DNA of 64,000 bases from Planctomycetota bacterium (GTDB lineage: Bacteria > Planctomycetota > UBA1135 > UBA2386): assembly GCA_965228735.1 (NCBI GenBank), contig OZ245838.1:1-64000 (forward strand). Direction: 5' to 3'. This document shows positions 1 to 9,989 of the stretch, piece by piece. Under the pieces are notes generated by a model that was not told the origin of the DNA, searched no databases, and saw only the letters and a program-made list of their open reading frames with translations. The translations under genes were made by a program, and so were the position numbers. How positions within the stretch are numbered: the first letter of the stretch is position 1; every line of letters starts with the position of its first letter.

Positions 1-1418
1 CAACATTCGTTCTGTAAGAGCGAGCCCATAGTCGGCGAATCATTTCACTCAGCGTCCATGGAGAGATAGCGACGGCCAGTCACCCAGTCCTCGCTGATCT
101 CCATGAGGACCGCGGTGGCGAGCCGGAGAAGAGAGGCGTCGTTGGGGAAGAGCGTCGCAACGCGGGTGCGGCGCAGGAGCTCCTTGTTGAGGCGCTCGAG
201 CATGTTGGTCGTGCGAAGGCAGCGACGGTGCGTCGCCGGGATCGCGAAGACAGCGAAGCCGTCGGGGACGTTGTCGCGAGCCCACCGGACAAAGTCGGGA
301 GCGGTTTCCGCGTGATCCTCCAGAAGCCTATCAAGAAGCCGTTCGGCCTCAGGTCGGTCTGGAGCGTTGAAGACCGCACGAAGTCCACGAGCGATCGACG
401 GGCGCAACGAGACGGTCGGCACTCGTGGAGCGGCGTTGCGTTGCAGGTGGAACTGGCAGCGTTGCCAAGCGACTCCGGGAAAGCTCGCCGCCAAAGCTTG
501 GCGGAGGCCAGAGTGGTCGTCACTGACGATGAGTCCGAGCCCGTGCAGGCCACGTTCACGCAGGCTGTCGAGGAAGTCGCGCCAGTGGACCTCGGCTTCC
601 GAGCGCGACACGCTGACGCCGAGGACCGAGCGATGGCCTGCATCATCGACGCCCGTCGCGATCAGGACGGCGGCGCTCATGACGGAGCCGGCGTGCCGGA
701 CCTTTTCGTAGCGGGCATCGAGGACCAGGTAGCGGCACCGGCCGAGCTCGCGCATCCGCCACTGCTGCAGCTCGTCGTCGAGTGCCGCGGCGGCCCGGGA
801 GACCTGCTGGGACGACACCTGTACTCCGCAGAGCTCCTCGGTGATCGCGGCGACCTTGCGGGTCGAGACGCCCTGGACGTACATCTCGGCGACCGCGAGC
901 TTCAGGGCGCGCTCCGAGCGAATCCCGCGTTCGAGTGCCGTCGGATAGAAGCGTTCGCCGTCGACGGCCTCGCGGACCTGCGGGACGGCGAACTCGATCG
1001 CGCCGACGCGAGTCGCCACGGTCTTCGGCTTGAAGCCGTTGGCGTAGCCCCGTCGTGACTCGGTACGCTCGTTTGGACCGGCGCCCAGGAACGCGGATCG
1101 CTCGATCTTCATGGCCTCGTTCACGAGGACGCGGATCGCGTCCGCGATCCCTCCCAGACCCTGCGTTGCGATGGATTCCAAGACGGTGTCGAGCGTGCTA
1201 CTTTCGGATTGGTGGGTCACTTCGTTCTGCTTTCGTTGTGGTTAACAAAAGCTGAGCGTCGTGACTCGCCGACTTGAAGCATCCGTCCGCGCCGGCGGTG
1301 GTCGTCGCGGTCGGCCTGGCCACTGCACCCAGGGTGCAGCGCCCAGACCGACCGCGACGACCACCGCCGACTGCGTCAAGCTGCCTCGGGCGGTTTACAG
1401 AACGCATGCTGCACTACC
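1..1418 (-). mobile_element. IS256-family insertion sequence (left end truncated by window edge)
   Basis: Transposase ORF 45-1220. Terminal inverted repeats: 1-17 CAACATTCGTTCTGTAA matches 15/17 to part of the reverse complement of 1395-1418 (GGTAGTG-CAGCATGCGTTCTGTAA). About 7 nt of the left IR lie outside the window, so the target duplication cannot be checked. Confidence 0.93.
45..1220 (-). CDS. IS256-family (Mutator-type DDE) transposase, 391 aa
   Basis: Motifs EMYVQGVSTRKV, LVLDARYEKVR, SDDHSGL, WQRCQFH and RTTNMLERLNKE are typical of IS256 transposases. Confidence 0.97.
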   Translation of the reverse strand: MTHQSESSTLDTVLESIATQGLGGIADAIRVLVNEAMKIERSAFLGAGPNERTESRRGYANGFKPKTVATRVGAIEFAVPQVREAVDGERFYPTALERGIRSERALKLAVAEMYVQGVSTRKVAAITEELCGVQVSSQQVSRAAAALDDELQQWRMRELGRCRYLVLDARYEKVRHAGSVMSAAVLIATGVDDAGHRSVLGVSVSRSEAEVHWRDFLDSLRERGLHGLGLIVSDDHSGLRQALAASFPGVAWQRCQFHLQRNAAPRVPTVSLRPSIARGLRAVFNAPDRPEAERLLDRLLEDHAETAPDFVRWARDNVPDGFAVFAIPATHRRCLRTTNMLERLNKELLRRTRVATLFPNDASLLRLATAVLMEISEDWVTGRRYLSMDAE

Positions 1419-1626
1419 AGACGCTGCAGGTGCGGGCACACAGACTGTTAACCAGAATCCAAGCTCTCTCGCCGTCCGCAGAGAGCATCCGCCCTGGTGC
1501 CACTCAGGCCGACCCCGTTCCCGGGTGGGGGACCCGCAGCACCCCGGTCTCGCGAACACCCGCCCCCAAGTCCCGCGACCGCCCCCAACCGCCCCCGACA
1601 CCCCCGCCTACGCCACTCCCCGCACC

Positions 1627-1667
1627 AAAAGAAAACGCCCCGCGGCTGCTAACCGCGAGGCGTTCTC
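1627..1667 (-). terminator. Intrinsic terminator downstream of tRNA-Asn
   Basis: Minus strand GAGAACGCCTCGCGGTTAGCAGCCGCGGGGCGTTTTCTTTT: GC hairpin followed by a U tract, about 20 nt after the tRNA CCA. Confidence 0.8.
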
Positions 1668-1688
1668 ATCCGCATCATCTGCGGCGAC

Positions 1689-1764
<76 letters not shown>

Positions 1765-1800
1765 TCGCTGAACGGACCTTTCGGCTCGTTCGGGCGGGAA

Positions 1801-1828
1801 AACTTAGCGTTCGGGCGACCGCGGTCAA
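1801..1828 (-). promoter_or_regulatory. Putative sigma70 promoter of tRNA-Asn
   Basis: Minus strand TTGACC-16 nt-TAAGTT, about 37 nt upstream of the tRNA. Confidence 0.55.
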
Positions 1829-1861
1829 GGGGTTCGCCTGGAACGGGCGGTGGCAGGGGTC

Positions 1862-1905
1862 AAAACCAGAACGGGCCGCGGATCCGGAGGATCGGCGGCC
1901 CGTTC
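1862..1905 (-). terminator. Intrinsic terminator after the HMA-like TGA-containing gene
   Basis: Long inverted repeat GAACGGGCCGC...GCGGCCCGTTC followed on the minus strand by TGGTTTT, 20 nt after the TAA at 1926. Confidence 0.7.
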
Positions 1906-1925
1906 GCGGATGAGTGCTCCTCGGC

Positions 1926-2510
1926 TTAGCCGCGGGTGCGCTTCATCTTGCGGAACCGGAGTTCCTTGGTCTTCGCCAGGGCGTCCTTGACGGCGTCCTT
2001 GGTGACCTTGTCCTTGTCCCGCACGTAGAGCAGGCACTTGCCGTTCAGGCCGTTCGGGTGGGCTCGAATGACACCGTCCAGCTTGGCCAAGACGTCACGC
2101 GTCTCGATGGCGGTGCCCATTCAACCAAGCCCCTTGACGGACACTTCGAAGACCACGTCGGCCTTCTCCATGTCCACTTCCTCGAGCTTGGAGACGCGAA
2201 CGCGCCCCATGCGACCGGCCTTCAGCGCGGCGTTGATCTTGGCGATCTCCGGCGCGTCCTTGCCCTTCAGCTCGAAGTAGCCGACACCCGTGGTGTCGAA
2301 GATGAGGTTCTTGATGTAGTTCTCTTTCTCGAGGATCGAACTGACCCTCTTGGCCTGTGAGGCCGCCGCTCAACCGCCGATTCCGGAGCACTGGACTTTC
2401 CAGAGCTTCTCGGTCTCGACCTTGGGCTTCGCGTCCTGCCCTTCCGTCTGCGCGACGGTCGGCAGCGCGAAGGCCAGCGCGGCGAGCGCTGCGAATGCGT
2501 GCTTGTTCAT
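1926..2510 (-). CDS. Secreted tandem HMA-like domain protein with two in-frame TGA codons (putative selenoprotein, 194 aa, U47 and U130)
   Basis: SD GGAG plus ATG at 2510, signal peptide MNKHAFAALAALAFALPTVA-Q. One frame with host-like codon usage runs through TGA 2370-2372 (KVQCSGIGG*AAASQAKRVSSILEK) and TGA 2121-2123 (FEVSVKGLG*MGTAIETRDVLAKLDGV) to TAA 1926. A SECIS-like hairpin follows each TGA. Confidence 0.8.
2066..2122 (-). promoter_or_regulatory. Putative bacterial SECIS for UGA 2121-2123
   Basis: Apical stem GAGACG/CGTCTT with loop CGUGA 21 nt after the UGA; outer stem GGCACCG/CGGTGTC. Confidence 0.55.
2331..2349 (-). promoter_or_regulatory. Putative bacterial SECIS for UGA 2370-2372
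   Basis: Stem GAGGGTC/GATCCTC with loop AGUUC 27 nt after the UGA. Confidence 0.5.
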
Positions 2511-2667
2511 TGCCTTGGTCTCCATGGATACCGGGCCCGGCATGGACCCGATGAATGCGCACTATCGGCCAAGGGCTGGCCGAATGCCAACCCCTGAAGT
2601 TGTCCTACGGTTGCAACTAGCGGTAGGACCGGGAACTGTGCCGGTTCCCATGACGGCACGAGGGCCT

Positions 2668-4365
2668 TCAGTCGCCGTCTACGAAGCGCCAGCCCGATAG
2701 TTCCCGGGCGGGCATTTTTTCGCGCAATGCGGCCCGGAGCACGGCGATCGGGATGTTCCCCTGGCGCAGCACCGCATCGTGGAACTCCTTTTCGGTCCAT
2801 CGGTTACCGTCGACGAGCTCACCGTTCAGCGCCCGGAACTGGAGGCCCCCGAGCATGTAGGCCGCCTGGTAGAGCGGGCCGTAGCCGCCGCTGATGGACC
2901 GGCGCACCTCGGCTTCGGCCGCGGCCGGCTCGTGGCCGACCCGGTCGATCAGGTACTCGATGCACTTCGCGGCGTCCCAGACCCCGAGCTGGAAGTTGAG
3001 CGAGAACACGATGCGCGCGCAGCGGTGCTTGCGCCAATAGAGGAAGCCGACCTTGTCCTCGGGCGTCGCCGCGAGCCCGAGGTCGTAGAACCGCATCTCC
3101 CAGTAGAGCGCCCAGCCCTCGGTCCAGAACGGGGTCCGGAACGGGCGCCGGTACGTCTTGTAGCGGGCCTCGGAGTACTGCTGCAGCCAGTGCCCGGGGA
3201 TCAGCTCGTGGTGCACGGTCGCGCGGCAGAAGTGCTCGTTGTTGCTGCGCAGGCTCATGAGCTTCTCGCGGTGTGACATCGCGTCCGTCGGAAACGACAC
3301 CTGGATCGTCTCGCCGCCGAGGAAGAACGGGTTCACGCGCTGGCGCGCCGGCGACATCATCCGCATGCGCCAGCACTCCTCCGCGAGCTCGGGGATCGTG
3401 ATGAGGTCGCGCTGCCGCAAGAACGTGATCGCTTCCTGCGCGAGCTCGCGGATCATCTGCGGCTGCTCGCCCGGTGGGCGGTGGCGTTCCTTGGTCTGCT
3501 GCAGCGCCCGTCGCCAGTCGTCACCGCAGCCCATCGCGGCGGCGGCCTTGGCCATCTCCGCGTCGCACCAGCGGAACTCCTGCTCGGCGATCGCGACGAG
3601 TTCGGCCGGCGTGTAGGGGATCCACTCGTACCGCAGTTCGCGCTTCAGCGCCGCTTCGCCGATCGGCTTGCCGGCCAGCGAGGTGTCGCCGACGTGGTTA
3701 CGGACGTGCTTACGCAGCTGCACCTCCATCCGATCGAGCTGCTCCTCGACCTGTTCGTACGGCGCGCGCGCCCACCACGAGAACGACGGGTCGTAGCCGT
3801 CGCGAAACCGGAACCAGCGACCGAGCGCCCGGCGCAGCGACTGCACGCGGTCCGCGTCGTATTGCATCTCGACCGGGAACTGCTTCTGCAGGTAGTCCGC
3901 TAGTTGGCTGGCCGTCTCGGCGATCTGCGTGAGCGTCTCGGCGACGGCCTTGCCGTCGACGTCCTCGTGCCGCCGGCGGGCCTCGCAGAGGTCGACGATC
4001 GCCTGCGCGAACCGCAGCCGGCCGTGGAGTCGGTCGTGCTCCTGCACTTCCGCCGCGAGTCGCTCGAGCTCGCGGTTCACGTGGTTGCCGAGCAGCAGCC
4101 AGTCGATGCGCGCGTCGCGACCGAGCGCCTCGAAGTCGAGTGCCTCGAGCTCCTGCACCTCGCGTTCGTAGCGCGCCCGCAGCCGGTCGGTGCGCTCGCT
4201 CGAGAACGGCACGTCGTAGCGGCGCTGCAGGTCCGCGACGTCCGCGGAGAACTCGGTGATGCGTTGCCGCAGGTCGGCCTGCGCTCTGACGCCCTGGGCG
4301 GTGAGCGCGAACGTCAGCGCGGCGAACAGGACTGCTGCGGGGGCGGCGGTAGGGCTGGCGGACAT
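2668..4365 (-). CDS. DUF885-family secreted protein (putative metallopeptidase)
   Basis: HHELIPGHWLQ, FWTEGWALYWE and YQAAYMLG motifs; signal peptide from ATG 4365. Confidence 0.88.
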   Translation of the reverse strand: MSASPTAAPAAVLFAALTFALTAQGVRAQADLRQRITEFSADVADLQRRYDVPFSSERTDRLRARYEREVQELEALDFEALGRDARIDWLLLGNHVNRELERLAAEVQEHDRLHGRLRFAQAIVDLCEARRRHEDVDGKAVAETLTQIAETASQLADYLQKQFPVEMQYDADRVQSLRRALGRWFRFRDGYDPSFSWWARAPYEQVEEQLDRMEVQLRKHVRNHVGDTSLAGKPIGEAALKRELRYEWIPYTPAELVAIAEQEFRWCDAEMAKAAAAMGCGDDWRRALQQTKERHRPPGEQPQMIRELAQEAITFLRQRDLITIPELAEECWRMRMMSPARQRVNPFFLGGETIQVSFPTDAMSHREKLMSLRSNNEHFCRATVHHELIPGHWLQQYSEARYKTYRRPFRTPFWTEGWALYWEMRFYDLGLAATPEDKVGFLYWRKHRCARIVFSLNFQLGVWDAAKCIEYLIDRVGHEPAAAEAEVRRSISGGYGPLYQAAYMLGGLQFRALNGELVDGNRWTEKEFHDAVLRQGNIPIAVLRAALREKMPARELSGWRFVDGD

Positions 4366-4375
4366 GCCGCCGAGT

Positions 4376-5737
4376 CTACTGCGGACGGTCGTTCTGCTGC
4401 ACGTCGTCGCGCCAGGCGTCGAGCGTGGCGCCGAGCGCGACGCGCTGCTCGGGCATCTCGCTCGCGAGATCGGTGCGCTCGCCCGGGTCGTCGGCGAGAT
4501 CGAAGAGCGCGACTCCCCGGGCGGTCCGCACGAGCTTGAGCGCGCCGTGACGAACGGCGCTCGCGTTGCCGTGCTGCCAGAACAGGTCGCGGTCCGGCAG
4601 CTCCGCCGTCGGATCGCGCAGCAGCGGCCCGAGATCGACGCCATCGATCGCGCGATCGGTCGGCACCGGTGCGCCCGCAAGCCCGAGCATCGTCGGCATG
4701 AGGTCGAGCGTGATCGCGGGCGCGTTGCTCGTCGTGCCCATCGGAATCGTCCCCGGCCAGCGGCAGATCGCCGGCACGAGGTGGCCGCCCTCCCAGACCG
4801 AACCCTTGAAGCCGCGTATGCCCTCGCCCGTCGAACGGTTCTCGCGTGTGCCGCCGTTGTCGGACACGAAGATCACGAGGGTGTCCTCGTCGATGCCGAG
4901 CTCCTGCAGCTTGCCGAGCACCTGCCCGACGCTGTCGTCGAGCGCGCGCGTCATCGCCGCGATGGCCGCGTCCTTCGGCTGCAGTTCTCGCCGCGGTCGG
5001 CGTTCGGGGCCGCGGATCGGCGGGTCGGTCGGGCCCTGGTTGGGGTTGTGGATCGCGGCGTGCGGCAGGTAGAGGCAGAACGGGCGCTCACTGCTCCCGT
5101 GGCGATCGAGGAAGTCGAGGGCGTGCTGCGTGATGAGCTCCGTCGTGTAGCCGCGTTCGCCGACGAGCTGATCGCCGCGCCACCAGTCCTTCGTGCCCAT
5201 GCGGTCGTACTGCGACAGGTAGTCGACGTTGCCGCTGACGAACCCGACGAACTCGTCGAAGCCGTGATGGATCGGGCTGTGCTCCGGCGCATAGCCGAGG
5301 TGCCACTTGCCGAAGATCGCGGTGCGATAGCCGCGCTCCCGCAGCGCTTCCGCGAACGTGATCTCGCCCTTGGGTAGCGCGTTACCGTGCGATTCGTGCT
5401 TCGGGTCCGCGTTGATCACGCCGTCGACGCCCGTGCGCTGCTGGTAGCGGCCCGTCAGCAGGCCGGCGCGCGTCGGGCTGCACACCGCGCCCGACGAATG
5501 GAAGTCGGTGAAGCGCAGCCCCTCGCGCGCCATGCGGTCGAGATGCGGGGTCTGCCAGTGCGCGTTGCCCGTGCAGCTCAGGCCCGCGTCGCCCATGTCG
5601 TCCGCGAGGACGAGGACGATGTTGGGCGGGCGTCGCGTCGGCCCATCGGCGGTGGGCTCCAAGGCGCACGCCGCGAGCAGCGCGGCGGCGGCGGCGGCGA
5701 GGGTGGGGCGGGCAGGCGCGCGGCGACGAGAAAGCAT
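4376..5737 (-). CDS. Sulfatase (formylglycine-dependent, arylsulfatase-like), possible lipoprotein
   Basis: PNIVLVLADD, CSPTRAGLLTGRY, GKWHLG and SDNG motifs; LLAAC lipobox-like sequence. Confidence 0.93.
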   Translation of the reverse strand: MLSRRRAPARPTLAAAAAALLAACALEPTADGPTRRPPNIVLVLADDMGDAGLSCTGNAHWQTPHLDRMAREGLRFTDFHSSGAVCSPTRAGLLTGRYQQRTGVDGVINADPKHESHGNALPKGEITFAEALRERGYRTAIFGKWHLGYAPEHSPIHHGFDEFVGFVSGNVDYLSQYDRMGTKDWWRGDQLVGERGYTTELITQHALDFLDRHGSSERPFCLYLPHAAIHNPNQGPTDPPIRGPERRPRRELQPKDAAIAAMTRALDDSVGQVLGKLQELGIDEDTLVIFVSDNGGTRENRSTGEGIRGFKGSVWEGGHLVPAICRWPGTIPMGTTSNAPAITLDLMPTMLGLAGAPVPTDRAIDGVDLGPLLRDPTAELPDRDLFWQHGNASAVRHGALKLVRTARGVALFDLADDPGERTDLASEMPEQRVALGATLDAWRDDVQQNDRPQ

Positions 5738-5779
5738 GGCGTCATGCTACCGCCGACGCGGCCTGCGCCCGGGCGCCTG

Positions 5780-6682
5780 CTACGGAATCGCGAAGCCGAT
5801 CTCGATCGCGCCACCGGGCTGCGCGATGATCGAGCCCGCGGGCCACATCACGAGCTGGTTGAGCGGGCCGTAGTGTGTCGTCGAAACGCCGATCGAGAAG
5901 TCGAGGCCCCGGGAGACCTTGAGCGGATCGGTCGGATGCCGCGCCGGGTTGTACATCGCGGACTGCACGAAGACCGACAGACCGATCAGGCTCTGGTGCT
6001 GCGGGATCGGGATCACCGGCGTGTTGCCGAGCTCCATCGGCAGGATCTGCAGCGGGTTCACGAGGATCGTGTCGTTGCCGATCGTGAGGCTCGTCTGCTC
6101 GAGGCCGATGAGGAGGAAGCACTCCGGCGGTTCGACGTAGCAGATCGTGCCGTTCCAGACGCGCGGCTGAAACACACCGCCGGAGAACGGGAAGTTGGTC
6201 GCGGAACCGGCTGACAACGTCAGGTCGGCGTTCTTGTGGACCTGATTGCCGCCGAAGCCATTGGTGTAGCGGTGGGCGGCACCCGTGAGAACGAGCGCGA
6301 CGCCATACGCTCCAGGTGCGAGCGTGAAGTCGGTGACGTCGGCCGCGGACGGCGTGTCGGTCACAGCGATCGTGCCCGAGCCGGACGAGACGAGCGTCCA
6401 GGCCGCCATGTTGGTTTGGTTGCCGACCGCCGTCGTGGGGGTCGTGTAGACGTCGACGGTGAACGGCTGGCCGAGCCCCGGGTTGTCGTTCAGGTTGAGC
6501 TCGAGGTCGGTGACGAAGATGCCGTTCGTCGCGGTGACCGTGAGATCGTAGTAGATCGCGCCGCCGACGCTGCCCTGGTTGTTGGACTGGAAGAACGTCG
6601 TGAGGCAGCTTTGTGCTGGTGCCAGCGCGGCGCTCGACGCGACGATCGCGCCAACGAGGGTCGAATGATTGAAGCGATGCAC
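5780..6682 (-). CDS. Secreted hypothetical protein, tandem paralog A
   Basis: SD GGAGAG plus GTG, signal peptide ending APA-Q; highly similar to 6752-7645. Confidence 0.85.
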   Translation of the reverse strand: MHRFNHSTLVGAIVASSAALAPAQSCLTTFFQSNNQGSVGGAIYYDLTVTATNGIFVTDLELNLNDNPGLGQPFTVDVYTTPTTAVGNQTNMAAWTLVSSGSGTIAVTDTPSAADVTDFTLAPGAYGVALVLTGAAHRYTNGFGGNQVHKNADLTLSAGSATNFPFSGGVFQPRVWNGTICYVEPPECFLLIGLEQTSLTIGNDTILVNPLQILPMELGNTPVIPIPQHQSLIGLSVFVQSAMYNPARHPTDPLKVSRGLDFSIGVSTTHYGPLNQLVMWPAGSIIAQPGGAIEIGFAIP

Positions 6683-6847
6683 GAGACTCTCCTGAGGCGC
6701 GAGAAGGGGAGGCGGGCGCGCCCCGCAGACGCACCCGACCGCGGAACTGTGCTATGGGATCGCGAAGCCGATCTCGATCGCGCCACCGGGCTGCGCGATG
6801 ATCGAGCCCGCGGGCCACATCACGAGCTGGTTGAGCGGGCCGTAGTG
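5787..6847. repeat. 89-bp identical direct repeat (5787-5875 and 6759-6847) at the 3' ends of the tandem paralogs
   Basis: ATCGCGAAGCCG...GGGCCGTAGTG is identical in both copies, offset 972 nt. Confidence 0.9.
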
Positions 6848-7645
6848 GTCGGTCGACACGCCGACGGTGAACTGCAGGCCGCGCGAGACCTTGATCGGAT
6901 CGGCAGGGTAGATCTCCGGGTTGTAGAGCGCCGTCTGCACGTAGATCGGCAGGCCGATGAGCCCCTGGTTCTGCGGGATCGGGATCACCGGCGTGTTGCC
7001 GAGTTCCATCGGCAGGATCTGCATCGGGTCCACGAGGAACGTGTCGTCACCGATGGTGAGGTTGAGCTGCTCGAGGCCGATGAGCAGGAAGCACTCCGCG
7101 GGCTGGTCGTAGCAGATCGTGCCGTTCCACACGCGTGGCTGGAAGATGCCGCCCGTGAACGGAACGTTGGTCGCGCTGCCGAGGTCGAGCTGCAGACTGG
7201 CGTCCGAGTAGCTCTGGTTGCTGCCGTCGCCGTTGGTGTAGCGGTGGGCAGCGCCGGTGAGCACCAGCGCCATGCCGTAGGTGCCGGCCGCGACCGTGAA
7301 GTCGGTCACATCGGCGGCGGACGGCGTCTCCGTCGTGGCGATCGTGCCGCCGCCGGACGAGACCATCGTCCACGCGGCCATGTTGTTCTCGTTGCCGGAC
7401 GCGCCGCCAGGTGTCGTGTAGACATCGACGGTGAACGCCGTGCCGACGCCCGGGCTGTCGTTCAGGTTGAGCTCGAGGTCGGTGACGAGGATGCCGTTGG
7501 CGGCCGTGACGGTGACGTCGAAGTAGACGGCGCCGCCAACCGAGCCGCCGTTGTTCGAATTGAACAGGGTCGAGAGGCAGGACTGGGCGTGCGCGGTCGC
7601 GGCGAACGTGGCGCTCACGAGCGCGAGCGTGACGAGACGGATCAT
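6752..7645 (-). CDS. Secreted hypothetical protein, tandem paralog B
   Basis: SD GAGGAG plus ATG 7645, signal peptide ending AHA-Q; paralog of 5780-6682. Confidence 0.85.
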   Translation of the reverse strand: MIRLVTLALVSATFAATAHAQSCLSTLFNSNNGGSVGGAVYFDVTVTAANGILVTDLELNLNDSPGVGTAFTVDVYTTPGGASGNENNMAAWTMVSSGGGTIATTETPSAADVTDFTVAAGTYGMALVLTGAAHRYTNGDGSNQSYSDASLQLDLGSATNVPFTGGIFQPRVWNGTICYDQPAECFLLIGLEQLNLTIGDDTFLVDPMQILPMELGNTPVIPIPQNQGLIGLPIYVQTALYNPEIYPADPIKVSRGLQFTVGVSTDHYGPLNQLVMWPAGSIIAQPGGAIEIGFAIP

Positions 7646-7853
7646 GGACTCTCCTCTGAGAGGGGGGAGAAACGGAGGGCGGCCGGATGTGACGACATTC
7701 CGGCTCACTCCGCATTGTCTCGCGTCAGGCCGAACGGGGGCAAGCCCCGGTGGCAAGGTCGCTCGGGCGCGCACCTGTCGGTCGTCGCCGGGGGCGTCTC
7801 GCGAGCGCGAGAGCGGCGGCCGCAAGGCGCGCCGCCGCAACACGCTGGGCCGA

Positions 7854-9434
7854 TCAGACGCGCGGCGCGGCCGCGCGGATCGCCTCGCTGGCCTGGTCCG
7901 CGTACTTCTCGAAGTTCTTCACGAACAGCGACGCGAGGTGCCTGGCCTTCTCGTCGTAGGCCGCCTTGTCGGCCCACGTGTTCCGCGCGATCAGCACGTC
8001 GTCCGGCACGCCCGCGCACTTGGTCGGGACGACGAGACCGAACGTCTCGTCCTCGACCGTCGGCGCGTTGGCCAGCGTGCCGTCGTGGATCGCGTCGAGG
8101 ATCGCGCGCGTGATCTTCAGGCTCATGCGCTTGCCGGTGCCGTAGCCGCCGCCGCTCCAGCCGGTGTTCACGAGCCAGGCATGCGAACCGAACTTGCCGA
8201 TCTTCTCCGCGAGCAGCTCCGCGTACTTCGTCGGGTGCCACACCATGAACGCGGCGCCGAAGCACGCCGAGAACGTCGCCTGCGGCTCGGTCACGCCCAT
8301 CTCGGTGCCGGCGACCTTGGCCGTGTAGCCCGAGATGAAGTGGAACATCGCCTGCTCCGGCGTGAGCTTGCTGACCGGCGGCAGCACGCCGAACGCGTCA
8401 CACGTGAGCAGGATCACGTTCTTCGGGTGGCCGCCCGTGCACGGGATCTTGGCGTTGGGGATGTACTCGACGGGATAGCTGCAGCGCGTGTTCTCGGTGA
8501 TCGACGAATCGTCGTAGTCGACCTCGCGCGTCTTCTCGTCGTAGACGACGTTCTCGACGACGGAGCCGTAGCGGATCGCGTTGTAGATCTCCGGCTCGCT
8601 CTCGGCGCTGAGGTTGATGCACTTGGCGTAGCAGCCGCCCTCGATGTTGAAGACGCCGTCATCGCTCCAGCCGTGCTCGTCGTCGCCGATGAGCGCGCGC
8701 GCCGGGTCGGCCGACAGCGTCGTCTTGCCCGTGCCCGACAGCCCGAAGAACAGCGACACGTCGCCACCCTCGCCCTCGTTGGCCGAGCAGTGCATCGACA
8801 TCACGTCGTTCTTCGGCAGCAGGTAGTTCATGATCGTGAACACACCCTTCTTCATCTCGCCCGCGTAGCCGGTGCCGAGGATCACGAACTCGCCGCGCTC
8901 GAAGTTGAGGCAGACCGACGTGCTGCTCCCCATGCCGCTCGTCAGCGGGTTGGCCGGGAACTGGCCGGCGTTGAAGATCACGTAGTCCGGCTCGCCGAAG
9001 CCGTCGAGCTGTTCGGCCGTCGGACGGATCAGCATGTTGTGCATGAACAACGCGTGGTAGGCGTTGAGGCAGACGATGCGGATCTTCTTCTGGTGCTTGG
9101 GATCCCAGCCCGCGAAGCCGTCGACGACGTAGACCTGATCGCGCGAGTTGATGTAGTCGATCGCGCGGTTGCGGTTGATCTCGAACGTGTGCTCCGTCAA
9201 TTCGATGTTGACGTCGCCCCACCAGATGTCGTTCTCCGACTCCTTGTTGCGGACGATGCGCTTGTCCTTGGGCGACCGGCCCGTCTTGTCGCCCGAGCGC
9301 GCCATGAGCGCGCCGCTGCTCGCGACCATGCCTTCGCCGCGCAGCACCGCTTGTTCGTAGAGGATCGCGGGGGCCGCGTTGCGGACGACGTTGTCGACGG
9401 TGATGCCGTACTTCGTGAGGTCGAACTTGCTCAT
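7854..9434 (-). CDS. pckA: Phosphoenolpyruvate carboxykinase (ATP)
   Basis: [39 protein letters not shown] and [10 protein letters not shown] motifs. Confidence 0.98.
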   Translation of the reverse strand: MSKFDLTKYGITVDNVVRNAAPAILYEQAVLRGEGMVASSGALMARSGDKTGRSPKDKRIVRNKESENDIWWGDVNIELTEHTFEINRNRAIDYINSRDQVYVVDGFAGWDPKHQKKIRIVCLNAYHALFMHNMLIRPTAEQLDGFGEPDYVIFNAGQFPANPLTSGMGSSTSVCLNFERGEFVILGTGYAGEMKKGVFTIMNYLLPKNDVMSMHCSANEGEGGDVSLFFGLSGTGKTTLSADPARALIGDDEHGWSDDGVFNIEGGCYAKCINLSAESEPEIYNAIRYGSVVENVVYDEKTREVDYDDSSITENTRCSYPVEYIPNAKIPCTGGHPKNVILLTCDAFGVLPPVSKLTPEQAMFHFISGYTAKVAGTEMGVTEPQATFSACFGAAFMVWHPTKYAELLAEKIGKFGSHAWLVNTGWSGGGYGTGKRMSLKITRAILDAIHDGTLANAPTVEDETFGLVVPTKCAGVPDDVLIARNTWADKAAYDEKARHLASLFVKNFEKYADQASEAIRAAAPRV

Positions 9435-9601
9435 GAGGAATGCAAAGGGGCGCGCTCGGGGACGAAGCGCGAAAGTCGGGGCAAACAAGTTAGCGACGGG
9501 TTGGCCGGGGTTCCAGGGGGGCATGCCGCGGGCGCGCGATCGCCAGCAAATCTCGCTTGCGCAGGGCCGGGGCGACTGCTAGCGTCCGCGCCCCGAAACA
9601 C

Positions 9602-9678
9602 GCACCCGTAGCTCAATTGGATAGAGCACCTGACTACGGATCAGGAGGTTTCAGGTTCGACTCCTGACGGGTGTGCCA
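9602..9678 (+). tRNA. tRNA-Arg (ACG)
   Basis: GCACCCGTAGCTCAATTGGATAGAGCACCTGACTACGGATCAGGAGGTTTCAGGTTCGACTCCTGACGGGTGTGCCA: 77 nt, anticodon ACG, CCA end. Confidence 0.97.
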
Positions 9679-9989
9679 CTGTTGATGTCGGTGCCCGCTG
9701 CACTTGCAGCAACCGGCCGCCCCGCGGGGGCGGCGCGTGCGGCCCTGGCTTCGCGGCCGCGAGAGTGTCCAGCCAGTCGTGTCCGGTCACCGCACTGAGG
9801 CACCCGATGCCAGCCAGCACGCGCCGCCCGAAGCGGTCCGTTCGCCACAGTAGTGTTCTCGCGCTGCAATCGCCATTCGACGAGCAAGCGGACGCGTGTC
9901 ACCTGGCGTCCGAGTGCGAGGCGGGGCGAGCACAGGAAATCCGAGACGTCGAAGACTGAGTCTCGCCCAGTCGAATCGGATTGCGGGAG

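Noticed and set aside
1441..1455. CAGACTGTTAACCAG resembling the tRNA-Asn anticodon arm
   Set aside because: Too short, on the opposite strand to the tRNA, and without a cloverleaf.
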